A stretch of 64,000 nt of DNA from NCBI GenBank assembly GCA_030390025.1, contig CM059438.1, positions 59,336,001 to 59,400,000 of the forward strand, read 5' to 3'. This document shows, piece by piece, positions 15,144-25,775 of the stretch. A program made the position numbers and the translations under genes. The DNA comes from Squalus acanthias (Eukaryota). Below the pieces are notes generated by a model. The model had not been told where the DNA came from. It did not search any database and worked only from the letters and a program-made list of their open reading frames with translations. Positions within the stretch are counted from its first letter, which is position 1; every line of letters starts with the position of its first letter.

Positions 15144-15748
15144 TGTAAGCGGTTTTTGATCCTCGCCCAATTGCTAGAAGGACGGTTCGAATCGCCCCCG
15201 CCTTACAAAAGTTCTATACCCGGGAATTATTATTCAGAGAGTAAATGAAATAAGTCACGGACAGGAATGCTTCGGTGAAAAATCAAACTTATATTTATTT
15301 GGTCTAAGATACACTTGCTAAAACATGCACTACTAAACGAAATTACTGTCTCTGTGGAGAATAAATTCCAGGTTACAAACAACATACATACAGTACCCAA
15401 CTGGGGACTATGACAAGCAGTAATTCCCTTGTTGCTATGGTGGACTCTAATTCCACCCCTACCAACGAATTACCCAGTCGCATAAGCCCCTTCTCCTGGC
15501 TGAACCAAACGAAGCTCCCACCCTGGAATAGCCCAAAAGCTTCACTTCTGAGAAAAACTCTGAGCCCCTTACACCTCACCCAGCTCGCCTGGGATATCGG
15601 GTTACCGGCTTGGGACACTCGAGACCATGCTTACCCCCACACTCACAGTCGGTCTCGATCGCTCCACTTAGCTGCTTCTTCCTCTGGTCTTCTTGTTCAG
15701 TCAATCTTGTTGGAGCGAGAGCAAGAGAGAGAGAGAATGGTGGGAAAG
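15144..15748 (-). repeat. R/U5 part of a minus-strand LTR (probable 3' LTR of ERV-B), continuous with 27679-28132 once ERV-A is removed
   Basis: Ends ...CTTACA on the minus strand (TGTAAG at 15144). Minus-strand AATAAA at 15294-15299 and a CT-rich tract just downstream of the TATA box across the ERV-A junction. Exact terminus uncertain (15121 possible). Confidence 0.55.
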
Positions 15749-15919
15749 TGTTAGGGTGAAAATTATAGGGCTTAAAGCAGCAACGTAAAAAGTTAAAGAA
15801 TGTGCTGTAAAAGGTAAACTCGTAAATACAGAATGGTTTCGCTGACACAGTGCAATGAGTAATGTCTGTGGTCAACATGCGTGCGTGCGAGGCAACTTGA
15901 GGCCCACTAAGACAATAAT
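15749..15919 (+). repeat. ERV-A 5' LTR, left part (before the Harbinger insertion)
   Basis: Near-identical to 27142-27312. Confidence 0.97.
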
Positions 15920-16389
15920 GGCCCAGAAATTAGACTCGGAGGCTTGCCGCGGGGGTAAGGATCCCACGCGATATTACATACCGCGTCTGCCGTTCTTCAT
16001 TTCCCCCGCATGAACTTTGGTTTTTCTGAGCAGCACTCCAGGGCAGCGTCTGACGTCACATCGCCCTGGAGCTCAGCGTGCGCGTTTCCTCCCATGCGGT
16101 GGGCAGTGAAGACACGCCCTGGAAGGTCGCATTAGCATAGGCCACGCCCCCAATTTTTTTTAACTCCTGGCAACTTTGTAAACAGCAGCACAGGGATGTC
16201 TAGCGACTCTGGACCTTGCTATTAAAGTAAGTTGTATTTAAATGCATGTTTTGCAAACTTTTGAAGACTTTTACATGAATTGGAATAATTTTAAACAGTT
16301 GTAAAGAGATTTGAAGTAATTTAAATAGTTTTAAAAGCCCTGAAATCATTTTTTTCATTCATTTTACTTTATTTAATCAGCAAAGTGAA

Positions 16390-17960
16390 ATGGCTGCAAT
16401 GAGCACAATTCAAATTATCAAAAGAACTCAAAATTTCAGCGACGATGATCTCAGCACACTCCTCGATGAGGTTGAGGCGAAGCGCGTGCGGATAATTGGA
16501 ACTGAGAAGTCCAAAGCCCCACGAAAAGGCCAAATGTTAGCTTGGAAAGAGGTTGCGCAGGTTATAAGCGTGAACTCCACCATTCCACGGACAGCAGAAC
16601 AATGCCGCTAGAAATTCAGTGATTTATTGCGAACTCTCAAGGTTTGTATAGTTATTACAAAAGTCAACTGTAAAATGTCTTTAAATTTAACTGAACTACT
16701 TAAAAAAATATATATGTATGTGTTTGTTTACTCAAGTGAATTAACTGCAGTCACAAGACGCTGCCATAAATTTTATGGCTTTTGGGGCCAGCTCAGGGTC
16801 ATCCATTGTGCTCTTAATTTGATTCCACTGCTTTGAGTTGTTTAATGAGTTAACTGTGTGTTCCAATGCACTTTGGGTGTAAAAACCTTACATTTCATGA
16901 CATTTCATAATTTCTGTTTTCATTTTAGACTAAAACTGCTCACAACGCCAGAGAACATGCACTAACAGGCGGTGGTGTTGTCACGTTAAGGGCTTTAACC
17001 GAACATGAGGAAAGGCTCGAGCATCTATTTGGATTTCTTAGCGGCTGCCCCTTTGAAGCTGAACCAACCGACACAGGTATGCATAACCGTGAGTTGCTCT
17101 GGCCAGCTAATGTTTAAAAATGTTAGATGTGTGTTGAATATCAGCTTCTGTGATGTGGCACATCATGCTTTACCTTTGCTAATCTTTACTGTTTCCTTTG
17201 CATAGGTTTACAGCAGACTTCTCACACACGGGATGAGCAGTGCGTTGAGTCTGCAGCTGCAGAGGGCTTTGGGGAAGGGCTTGTTGAGGCAATGGGAGCT
17301 GCGAGTGAGGTGGTGGAGGAGCAGGAGCAACTTGTTGATCTAGTGGAAGTGGAGGGTATGGAATCTGGGTTGCTGGAGAGGTCCTCTCCATCTCCTGGCC
17401 CCTCTGGCTCTGTGCCAGACAGACACCAGCTTGATACTGCAGTGCATGTGCGAGAAGCAGATATACATGCAACAGAACAGGAGTTACAAGGTCAGATCCA
17501 CCATCTTGAAGGGTTGAGGCAATCGATGTGTTCTTTTACAGAGAAACAAGTTGACTGTCTTGCCTCGATCAGGCAGGGAATGGATTCTATGTGCATGTCA
17601 CTTAATCAAATGAATGAGTCTCTCATTGGACTCTTGCAGAAACCAAATGTGGGAATGGAGCTTCATCAAATAAATGAGTCTCTCGTTGGACTCTTGCATA
17701 TGCTTCAACCACTTTCTGCTGCCATTACTGTGACTCCCGCAGAACCGCCCTTACCTGCTCCCAGCGCAGAAACAGTGCAGGTCCAAGAGCCAGCTGCTCC
17801 GCCAGTTGTGATACAAGCAAACGTTGCCTTGCAGCAGCAGCAGCAGCAGCAACCCTGTCAGGAGGCAATTGCTGAAGGGCAAGAGACGGCACACAGGGGC
17901 CTTTCAAGTCGCAGCACAGGGCTCCGGTCACGGGGAGCGGGAAAGCGCAGTAGACGGTAG
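16390..17960 (+). pseudogene. Harbinger Myb/SANT-like DNA-binding protein gene (MSANTD/NAIF1-like), 3 exons: 16390-16641, 16929-17076, 17206-17960; one premature TAG at 16609-16611
   Basis: Trihelix motif KRTQNFSDDDLSTLLDEV...AWKEVA...RTAEQCR*KFSDL. GT-AG introns join in frame to the TGGG-motif exon and the 17292-17960 ORF. Confidence 0.85.
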
Positions 17961-19404
17961 GGTGTCACCTTTTCCACAATGCACATCCATTGACCCTCAG
18001 GCATAGATGCGAGGGGGTAAATCGTTCAATTGTTTAATTTTTCATTTTATTTAAATGTTACATGTTTTCATTGTTTTTTTTATTGAAATATATATTTGTC
18101 ACTGAAAGTGTATGTAACCTTTTCATTGAAAAAGTACAGCCTCTAGTCACTTTGAAAAAATTCAAATTGTTTATTTGCAAAAATAATTTAACATTAAAAC
18201 TGTTTTACATTTAGGAAGTAGTTATTTTCCATCTTGAATGTCTTTATTGCAGTAACAAACCAAAAAAGTCACTGTAAACTGTTTACAAATTTTATTCTAA
18301 CCTATTTATGTTTATGAATGTTTGAAAAGCTGAAAATAGCTAGTTAACATTGAAAAGTTATAAACTATGTACATCAACACTGAACCTCAGAAGTCTTTAA
18401 TGCTGCAATAAAAGTTCACTGTTTCACTTTAAATTGTGTCTGTTCCTTTCTTTGCCTTGCTGGGGGAGGGGGAGGTACAAGGCGACACTACCTCGTGAAG
18501 GTGTTGGCTACCAGCTGCTCCCGAACAGCCTTACTTTGAGCAGCACTTGGCTCGTCCACATCACGCCTTCCCACGGGCACATTGGCATCGTCCACGTCCT
18601 CCATTTCTGCAGGTAGTTCCTCTGCAGGGTTAAGGGTCAGTCCTTCCCGCAGGGCAAAGTTATGCAAAGCACAACAGGCCACCACAATCTTTGCCACTTT
18701 CAGAGGAGAATACTGCAAGGACCCCCTGACCTGTCCAGGCACCGGAAGCGTGATTTCAGAACTCCGATGGTCCTCTCTACCACTTGCCGTGTGGACACGT
18801 GTGCCTGGTTGTATCTCTCCTGAGCCTCATTATTGGTCTTGCGGTAGGGAGTCATCAGCCATGGTCTTAGCGGGTAGCCCTTGTCGCCCAATATCCATGC
18901 GGATCCTGGAGGCAATGCGCTGAGGGCGCCATATAAGTTCGAGTTACGGAGGACGAAGGAGTCATGATTACTTCCCCGGTTACTTGCATTCACATTTAGG
19001 ATCCTGAGATGCGCATCACAGACAATCAGGACATTCAATGAATGAAACCCCTTCCTGTTGATGAATGTCACAGGTGCATCCACTGGTGCCTTCAATGCAA
19101 CATGGGTTCCATCGACGGCCCCAATCACTTTGGGGAATCCAGCAATGTTATGAAATGCAAGCGCCATCTCCTTTTGATGGCGAGCGGACAAGTCATAGTT
19201 AATGAACTCAGCAGCCCTACGGAAAATGGCTTCTGTGACCTGGTGAATGCAGGCCCTCGCAGCATTCTTGGATATGTTGGTAATGTCACCGGTGCTTGCC
19301 TGAAATGACCCACTTGCAAAGAAGTTCAGTGCTGTGGTTACCTTCATGCTCACTGACAATGCAGTGCGGGTCTTCGAGCATGTTTGAAGGTCCTCCTTTA
19401 ACAT

Positions 19405-19592
19405 AAATGAGAAGTCGCACAACACCAGGTTATAGTCCAACAGATTTATTTAAAATTACAAGCTTTCGGAGCTATCCTGCCCCTTCTTCAGGTAGAGTTA
19501 CTGTTAAATAAATCTGTTGGACTATAACCTGGTGTTGTGCGACTTCTCATTTTTGTCCACCCCAGTCCAACGCCGGCATCTCCGCATCATGA
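19405..19592. mobile_element. Short Penelope-like element insertion with inverted pseudo-LTR ends
   Basis: 12-bp TSD CTCCTTTAACAT (19393-19404 / 19593-19604). A 49-bp perfect inverted repeat (19405-19453 / 19504-19552) encloses a hammerhead core. Confidence 0.8.
19457..19494 (-). ncRNA. Minimal type I hammerhead ribozyme (Penelope-associated)
   Basis: Minus strand reads uac-CUGAAGA-a-GGGGC-aggaua-GCUCC-GAAA-gc-UU-gua: core, stem II, palindromic stem III and 3-bp stem I. Confidence 0.65.
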
Positions 19593-20637
19593 CTCCTTTA
19601 ACATGTCACAGAGTCGGCCGATTGACTCTTTACTGAAGCGCAGCCTCCTCACACACAACTCCTCCGACAGCATCTCAAATGACAGCCTCTCCCTGTACAC
19701 TCTATGGGGTGGATAGTAGTTTCTCCTTCTCAGGAGGAGACGGTTTTGGTTCCTCCGTCTGTCTTGTCGCCTGGTGTCTAAAATTCTCTGATACAAAATC
19801 CCACAGAGGAACAGGACTTGATTCTCAAAGGGCATCTTTCTCCCTCACAGGCTTCCTCTTTAAACAGAAAGTTGTAAGGAAAAAATGGAAAGAGTTGTTA
19901 AAGTAACTTTAATAAAGTGAGTGGCTATAAAATCAGGTCGGGCTATGGTGGGAAACGTGCGGTATCGGATTGGGAACACGTCTACCCGCCTCACGGCCCG
20001 AGATGATTTTCCAGAACTGTAACATTTTCAGAAAGTCATGCATACATACATACATACACACATACTTGCTTACTTACTTAAAGGAATATAATTGATGATC
20101 ATTTTCTTTTTTTAAACTTTTTGAAATGTAAATAGTTCATTTTTAAACAGTCATTTTGACATTTAAGACAGAAACCTAATTCAATAGGCCTTGTACACAC
20201 CCACAGTTGCTAGACTGCTCCAAATGGTCAAAACCCGTTTTAAAACTTTTTTTTAAATTGTAAACTTACCTCAGACTTAATTAAATAAACTTTGCTGCCT
20301 TTCAGATTTAAAAATGTTCACTTTAGTAGCCCCACTGCTGAAATATTTCTTCCTCCTGCTGGCTCCGGAGCTTTCCGAGATGGTTTACTCTTGCTTTTTA
20401 CAAGTGTAATTGCTGCGAGCTTACACACACTTCAACCATTAATAAAAAAAGCCAAGTTCATTGCGCACGCGCAGACTCTCCGGCGCACGCGATTCAACGA
20501 ACATACCTTTACTTGAAGCCACCGGAAGTGCCGGTTTCCCGCGCATGCGCAGTGCATGCAGGAAACCAGCACTTCAGGAACGAATACGGGTGAGTACGCA
20601 GCGGGTACTCTCCCGTATTCAGCCGAATTTTTGGGCC

Positions 20638-20997
20638 AATAGCACAACGGTTACACTTGAGAACCAATCACCGCATGACCAGCCATTCCAGCCAGACAGA
20701 TGTGACGCAACACTCTATGTTTATAGTTTCAGAAGGGAAGTAACAAGAACATTTAGCTTAAAGTGCAGATTATAATTAAGGAGCTAGTTGCTGGGGGAAT
20801 GTGATTGGGTGAGACATTTGTATGTAATGAATTGCGTAACCGACCCTATAATGTATAAAAGTTCCGATACCACTGTAACGACGAGAAGTTGATCACTAGA
20901 CCGCGGGGTCTATGGCTCTTCTCCCAGGGCGCTCTGTTAAATAAACTGTGATCCTCTGCTTTGAGACAGACTCGAGTGAATTCATTTTTCACCAACT
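20638..20997 (+). repeat. ERV-A 5' LTR, right part (TATA-like TATAAAA and AATAAA)
   Basis: Matches 27310-27673 apart from a few substitutions and two small indels. Confidence 0.97.
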
Positions 20998-20999
20998 AT

Positions 21000-21017
21000 T
21001 GGCGTAGTCGGCAGATG
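21000..21017 (+). promoter_or_regulatory. Primer-binding site complementary to tRNA-Ser
   Basis: TGGCGTAGTCGGCAG immediately after the LTR is the reverse complement of the vertebrate tRNA-Ser 3' end (...CUGCCGACUACGCCA). Confidence 0.9.
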
Positions 21018-21493
21018 CTCTGGAACTGAAAGACCGCCCGCACCGGTGAACCCGGACGAGAAGTCAATTTTGACCGTCCAGAAATTGAGTCACCTGGAAA
21101 GGCGAAGTGACAGTGCCGTAGCATCACGAATCAAGTAAAGTCTGTGAGAGGTAGGAGAACACAGTTGTGAGAGTGTGGATCGCAAGTACTAAAGGGAACA
21201 CTGTGTAGCGATAAATATCGCGAAGGAATGAGTGAGTGACGAAATGACATGGACAAGGAGGGTGCCTGTCTCAAACACCTAGCCTGAGCCTGAATTAAGA
21301 GGACGTAGTCCCACGTGACGGCCAGGATCAAGTAGGCGTAGAGACTCCAAAGCACCCTGGGAACGTGAAGTCAGCAAATATATATGTGTGTTGTGACTAA
21401 TTAACCGCTTGTAGGTCTTTTTTTTTTAAAGTATCAAGAACAAGCCCGAGTAGAGGAACTCAGCATTTGGTAAGACTGTAAGTTGGACTACAA

Positions 21494-21779
21494 ATGGCGT
21501 CGGGGAAAGAAATAGAATGGGGACCAATGGGATCCCTTACTCGGTTCTATGCAGACGACTGGAAGGGTTTAGTTGATAAGATGACGAAGGAGGGGTGGGA
21601 CCCGCTCCAGAATCCAAAGGTAAAAGAGAGTGGTAGAGGGTCAAAAACAGAAAAAGACAAAAAAGGCGAGGGTAATACTAGTAAACCAATTAGTCGCATT
21701 AACGAACAAGGTGCAGCGACTCCACACTAGACTTGCAAGTAAAAATGAAAGAATTCTTGAATTAGAACAAGAGTTACAA
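21494..21779 (+). pseudogene. ERV-A gag N-terminus (matrix-like/coiled-coil), frameshifted near 21625
   Basis: Strong-context ATG (AAAATGG) after the leader; basic/coiled-coil sequence ...ERILELEQELQ fused directly to RT. Confidence 0.7.
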
Positions 21780-23079
21780 TATGTAGATGATCTTTTGATA
21801 GCATCAGAAGACAGCAGAGGGCATGTCGCCGCCCTGGTGGTGGTTCTGCAAGCCCTAGAAACAGGAGGGTTTAAAGTAAAGCCGAAAAAGGCACAGATTG
21901 GACAGACTACGGTCACATATCTGGGACAACAATTGTCCCAGGGGGTAAGGACCATGCCATAAGACCGACAGAAGGCGATCCAAGAAATGCCAAGACCCGT
22001 CTCAGTAAGGGGGGTCAGAAAAGTGTTAGGACTCTTTAATTACAGTCGGAGTTATATACCAAATGTTGCCATAATAGCAGAACCAATACAGAAACTAGTA
22101 AAAGGAGGTAAACCAGCAATAGCGCCCATTGACCGGGGACCCGAACAAGAAACGTCATACGCGAAACTGAAGGAAGCCCTAATAACAGCGTCCGGGTTAG
22201 GCTTACCAGATATGAAGAAACCGTTCCACATACATTGTGAGAACGAGGGTAGATTTTACGCTGCAGTAGTCACCCAAAATCACGGTGACCGACAACGTCC
22301 CATCGCCTATTATTCTACCCAACAATCACCCGTGGCAGCTGGGCTATCACGATGTGTGGCGGCCCTTGACTGTGCCGCCTGAGCCCACAGTGATGACCGG
22401 AGAGATTATTCTCCATACCAAACACACACTGGTAGAAATGCTGAATACGGGAAAGTTGCGAGCGATCTCTGATATACGCCGGGCCAGATGGGAAGCAGTA
22501 CTGCTCCCCGTGGATCAAGCAGTCAAACTAGCACGCGACACTGGGGAAAACCCAGCAGAAGGATTGCTAGGACAGGGAGATCCCCACAGATGTTGCGAGC
22601 CACAAGGGGAAGAAGAGGAAGGATGCTTACAAGATGAGCCCCTCCCCGAGTCCCAGATTACTCTGTACGTGGACGGATCTAGAAAATATGTAGAGGGATC
22701 CCCACGAACCGGATGGGCGGTAGTAAATGATCAGTTAGAGACTGAATTATCAGGAAGACTGGACGGAGGACTATCAGCTCAAGTGGCCAAGATAGTGGCG
22801 CTGACGAAGGTGCTAGAATTAGCAAAGGGCAAAACGGCAAATATCTACACGGATAGGAGGTATGCGTTTGGGGTCGTACACGATTATATGACTGCATGGG
22901 GAAGAAGGGGGTTTGTAACAACAGGAGGGGATCGTATAAAACACCAACAACGGATAGAGGCCCTCTTGGAAGCCGCAAAGGCCCCAACACTAGCAGCAGT
23001 AATAAAAATAAAGGCGCACCAGAAAATACAAAATCAGGAACAAAGCGGGAACCATGCCGCTGATTTAACAGCACAGTAA
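21774..23079 (+). pseudogene. ERV-A pol segment out of place: C-terminal half of RT, tether and RNase H
   Basis: Motifs LQYVDDLLIAS, FKVKPKKAQIG...VTYLG, RPIAYYS, LYVDGS, ANIYTD, KIKAH and GNHAAD; stop at 21960 and frameshift near 22380. Confidence 0.93.
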
Positions 23080-24078
23080 GATCTTGAACAAGAAATGGTT
23101 GAAGAAAACATGGCCAGTGCACAGGTGGAAGAAATAGATAGTAGGAAATTACACAAAAAGAACCCAAACATAGTCAAGGCAGCCCCTTTAAAAAGAGGGG
23201 GAACGGTACAGAATCCCACAGCAAAGTACCAAGCTTTTAGCCCCTTAGAAAAACAAACAATATTGAAAGATTTGGGAACATTGAAGCCCCGTAGCACAAA
23301 TGGGGAATTTTGGAGAAATCTCGAGGAGATGTGGGATATCCACGACCTCCATCCTCGGGACATCTACCAGCTAGTACGGGCTAAATGCCCGGCTGATAAA
23401 TGGAGGGAGGTGGATAACCAAAACGGCCACCGAGACGGTGGCTGGACCGGCCGTATCGCCTTAATTGCGGACAAGGCGGCCCAACTCGCGGCCTACAACC
23501 CCTTTAAAGCAGCGGTCCAGGTGGCCTTAGGAGGATCCTCACCAAATTGGGGACGTATAATGATGATAAAACAGCGGAAAGGGGAAAGCAGTAGTAATTA
23601 TGGCAAACGATTGTTCATCGTATACCAGGAATCATCGGGACAAGCAAATCCCCAGATGACAGACCAGCCCTTTATTCAAATGTTTAAGGACGGGTTGTCC
23701 CAATCCCACCAGGCGATATTAAAAATGGGAATAGTGGCGGCAAATACATATGATGCGGCAGTCCAATGGGCGTGTCACATAGATGCCAAAGAGGCGGAAC
23801 GAACACCAGTAATAAAACAAGAAAGAGTAGGGGTCGCAGGAATATGGGAACTGTCCCAAAGAAAAAAAGGGGCTTGTTTTAACTGTGGGAAGTTGGGTCA
23901 TATGGCAAAAGAATGTAGGGACTCCAAACAAAACCGACCGGTATGTGGTAATTGCGGAAGACCGGGACATTCAACCGAGAGGTGTTGGACAAAAAAGGAA
24001 GAGCCAAACCAGACCAGGACCATTGATATGTATCAAAAGTTCCTGCAGTATGCAAAGGAACAGGGTGGCGGCCACTGA
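23080..24078 (+). CDS. gag: ERV-A gag C-terminal part (capsid and nucleocapsid with two CCHC zinc knuckles)
   Basis: Open 327-aa ORF with MHR-like IKQRKGESSSNYGKRL and knuckles CFNCGKLGHMAKEC and CGNCGRPGHSTERC; ends at TGA-CTAG. Confidence 0.93.
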   Translation, partial: DLEQEMVEENMASAQVEEIDSRKLHKKNPNIVKAAPLKRGGTVQNPTAKYQAFSPLEKQTILKDLGTLKPRSTNGEFWRNLEEMWDIHDLHPRDIYQLVRAKCPADKWREVDNQNGHRDGGWTGRIALIADKAAQLAAYNPFKAAVQVALGGSSPNWGRIMMIKQRKGESSSNYGKRLFIVYQESSGQANPQMTDQPFIQMFKDGLSQSHQAILKMGIVAANTYDAAVQWACHIDAKEAERTPVIKQERVGVAGIWELSQRKKGACFNCGKLGHMAKECRDSKQNRPVCGNCGRPGHSTERCWTKKEEPNQTRTIDMYQKFLQYAKEQGGGH

Positions 24079-24576
24079 CTAGCAGCGGCCCCCATCAAGA
24101 GGGAGAAGGAAGATCCCAGAGTCTATGTACCGGCACTGTTAGGGGGCCGGCAGTGCGATATGTTAGTAGACACGGGAGCTTCTGTATCCATTACCGATTT
24201 ACCCCTTCCCCTCACCAAACAAAGGATAGACATAGTGGGGTTGGGAGGGGAGCGTTTACATGCATTTAAAAGTGAGGTACAAGTATTGGAATTAGCGGGA
24301 CGACTATTACCCGCACAATTTTATGTATGCCCAAACAGTGAGGGGACTATCTTAGGAATAGATTTGTTAAAAGAATTTAATTTGTTAATAGATTCACGAC
24401 AAGGAAAGTTAACCTGGGTACAGGGAGACGGGAACAAAGTAAACTGGGGAAAGCCACTTAGCCATTTGGCAACAGTAGGAAGTGCAAAACTCGTGGCCCG
24501 GGACTGGAAGGAGGAAGGAGACTATGGGATTATATGCAAGGCAATGAAGTCAGTATGGGTGACCTCAAACCAGGAC
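24079..24576 (+). pseudogene. pro: ERV-A aspartic protease plus RT N-terminal stub, in frame with gag across the UGA
   Basis: MLVDTGAS and ILGIDLL motifs; VWVTSNQD parallels ERV-B FATHKHDCG; then jumps into integrase. Confidence 0.9.
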
Positions 24577-25442
24577 GACCCGTTAAGATACAGATGGCCC
24601 ACCAACCACGGCCAAGGGGCCCATGGGAAAATATACAAATAGACTTCACCGGACCCCTCCCCACATCAAGGGGTAAGAGGTATTGCCTGGTAATAATAGA
24701 CCAGTTTACTAGGTGGGTCGAGGCATTCCCAACCCGGAACTGTACTGCCACCACCGTGGCACGAATAATGGCAGAGGAAATAATTCCCAGGTGGAGAATA
24801 CCGATCCAAATTGACTCAGATCAGGGAACTCACTTTACGGGAGCAGTAGTAAAGAATGTATGCAAGTGGATGGGCATAAAGCAGAAATTCCACATTCCGT
24901 ACCATCCCCAAAGTTCTGGAATGGTGGAACGAATGAACCAAACCTTGAAAACAGCCTGAGCCAAGGCTTTAGGGGACAAACATCAACAGTGGGTAGATGT
25001 GTTACCAAAGGTCTTAATGAAACTAAGAGCCACCCCAAACCGAACAACGGGCTTATCACCATATGAGCTAATGACGGGGAGGGCAATGCAACTCCCCCAT
25101 GGCATAATAACTGGAGGAGAGGATGTGGGTCCTCTAAAGGATAAGCTCCGAAGGTATGTCCTCGAATTAAGCAGTCAATTAAAGGAAATGAGGCAGCAAA
25201 CGCGGGATAGACAGGAAGAAAAGGATAAGGAATTAGAATTGACCGTGTTCCCATATATCCCTCCAGCCGGGACTAAGATAATGGTTAAAGGTTTACCAGG
25301 GAAACCCAGGTTTGCCCCAAAATGGTCAGGACCATATCAGATTCTAATTAGTGGAGATACGTGTGCTTGCATTGATATGAAGGGCATGGGACAATGGAAG
25401 CACTGGACACAGCTAAAAGTCTATGACCCTTCGCCAGCTTAA
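24570..25442 (+). pseudogene. ERV-A integrase core and C-terminus (HHCC finger deleted; frameshift near 24957)
   Basis: IQIDFTGPLP, IDSDQGTHF, SSGMVERMN and PKWSGPY (GPY/F) motifs. Confidence 0.93.
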
Positions 25443-25444
25443 AA

Positions 25445-25766
25445 ATGGCTACACCAGAGCAAGTACCTTTTGTGGGAAGTGAAGAATACGCTAGACAATA
25501 CAAAGAGTGGGGGTGGGTGCTGGTACGAACGTTGGTATGGACAATATGCATGTCATAATGGGATACACCATGGGATGTATCGTGAAGCATGTATGGGAAC
25601 AATCCCATCGACTGCAACCGGTCGAGCAAGAGGAGGGAATCCAAATGATTATTATCGAGGAACCAGCCTAATGACAGTATTCTATTCACCCTCACAGGAA
25701 AATAGAATCTACAAGCAACAAAGCGGTTTGGTTGGCGATATAGCCTTTGGGACATTGTTAACATAA
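25445..25766 (+). pseudogene. Possible accessory ORF of about 107 aa between pol and env (one frameshift near 25510)
   Basis: AAAATGG start just after the pol stop. MATPEQVPFVGSEEYARQYKEWG continues in the +1 frame as GCWYERWYGQYACHNGIHHG...GTLLT*, ending 9 nt before the env ATG. Confidence 0.4.
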
Positions 25767-25775
25767 AGTGATAAG

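Larger units (their letters stand above)
18488..19835 (-). pseudogene. Harbinger (HARBI1-like) DDE transposase, disrupted by a 188-bp insertion and a frameshift near 18720
   Basis: Motifs GFPKVIGAVDGTHV, NRKGFHS, GSNHDSFV, LGDKGY, VVERTIGVLKSRFRCL and LQYSP...ACCALHN. The N-terminal ORF 19587-19835 rejoins at MLKE after removing the insert. Confidence 0.95.
15920..20637. mobile_element. PIF/Harbinger DNA transposon, 4.7 kb, with convergent Myb-like and transposase genes
   Basis: Imperfect TIRs GGCCCAGAAATTAGACT / GGCCCAAAAATTCGGCT. The 3-bp TSD AAT (15917-15919, 20638-20640) is confirmed by the empty site in the 3' LTR (GACAATAATAGCAC). Confidence 0.96.

Noticed and set aside
15184..15195. 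tRNA gene (GGTTCGAATC)
   Set aside because: Only a B-box-like motif; no cloverleaf or A box could be built.
18488..19835. Domesticated host HARBI1 gene
   Set aside because: It is enclosed by TIRs and a TSD inside a young LTR, and is disrupted.
21494..25442. A new autonomous retrovirus genus with RT upstream of capsid
   Set aside because: The RT N-terminal half and integrase HHCC are missing and the junctions show microhomology, so this copy cannot be autonomous.
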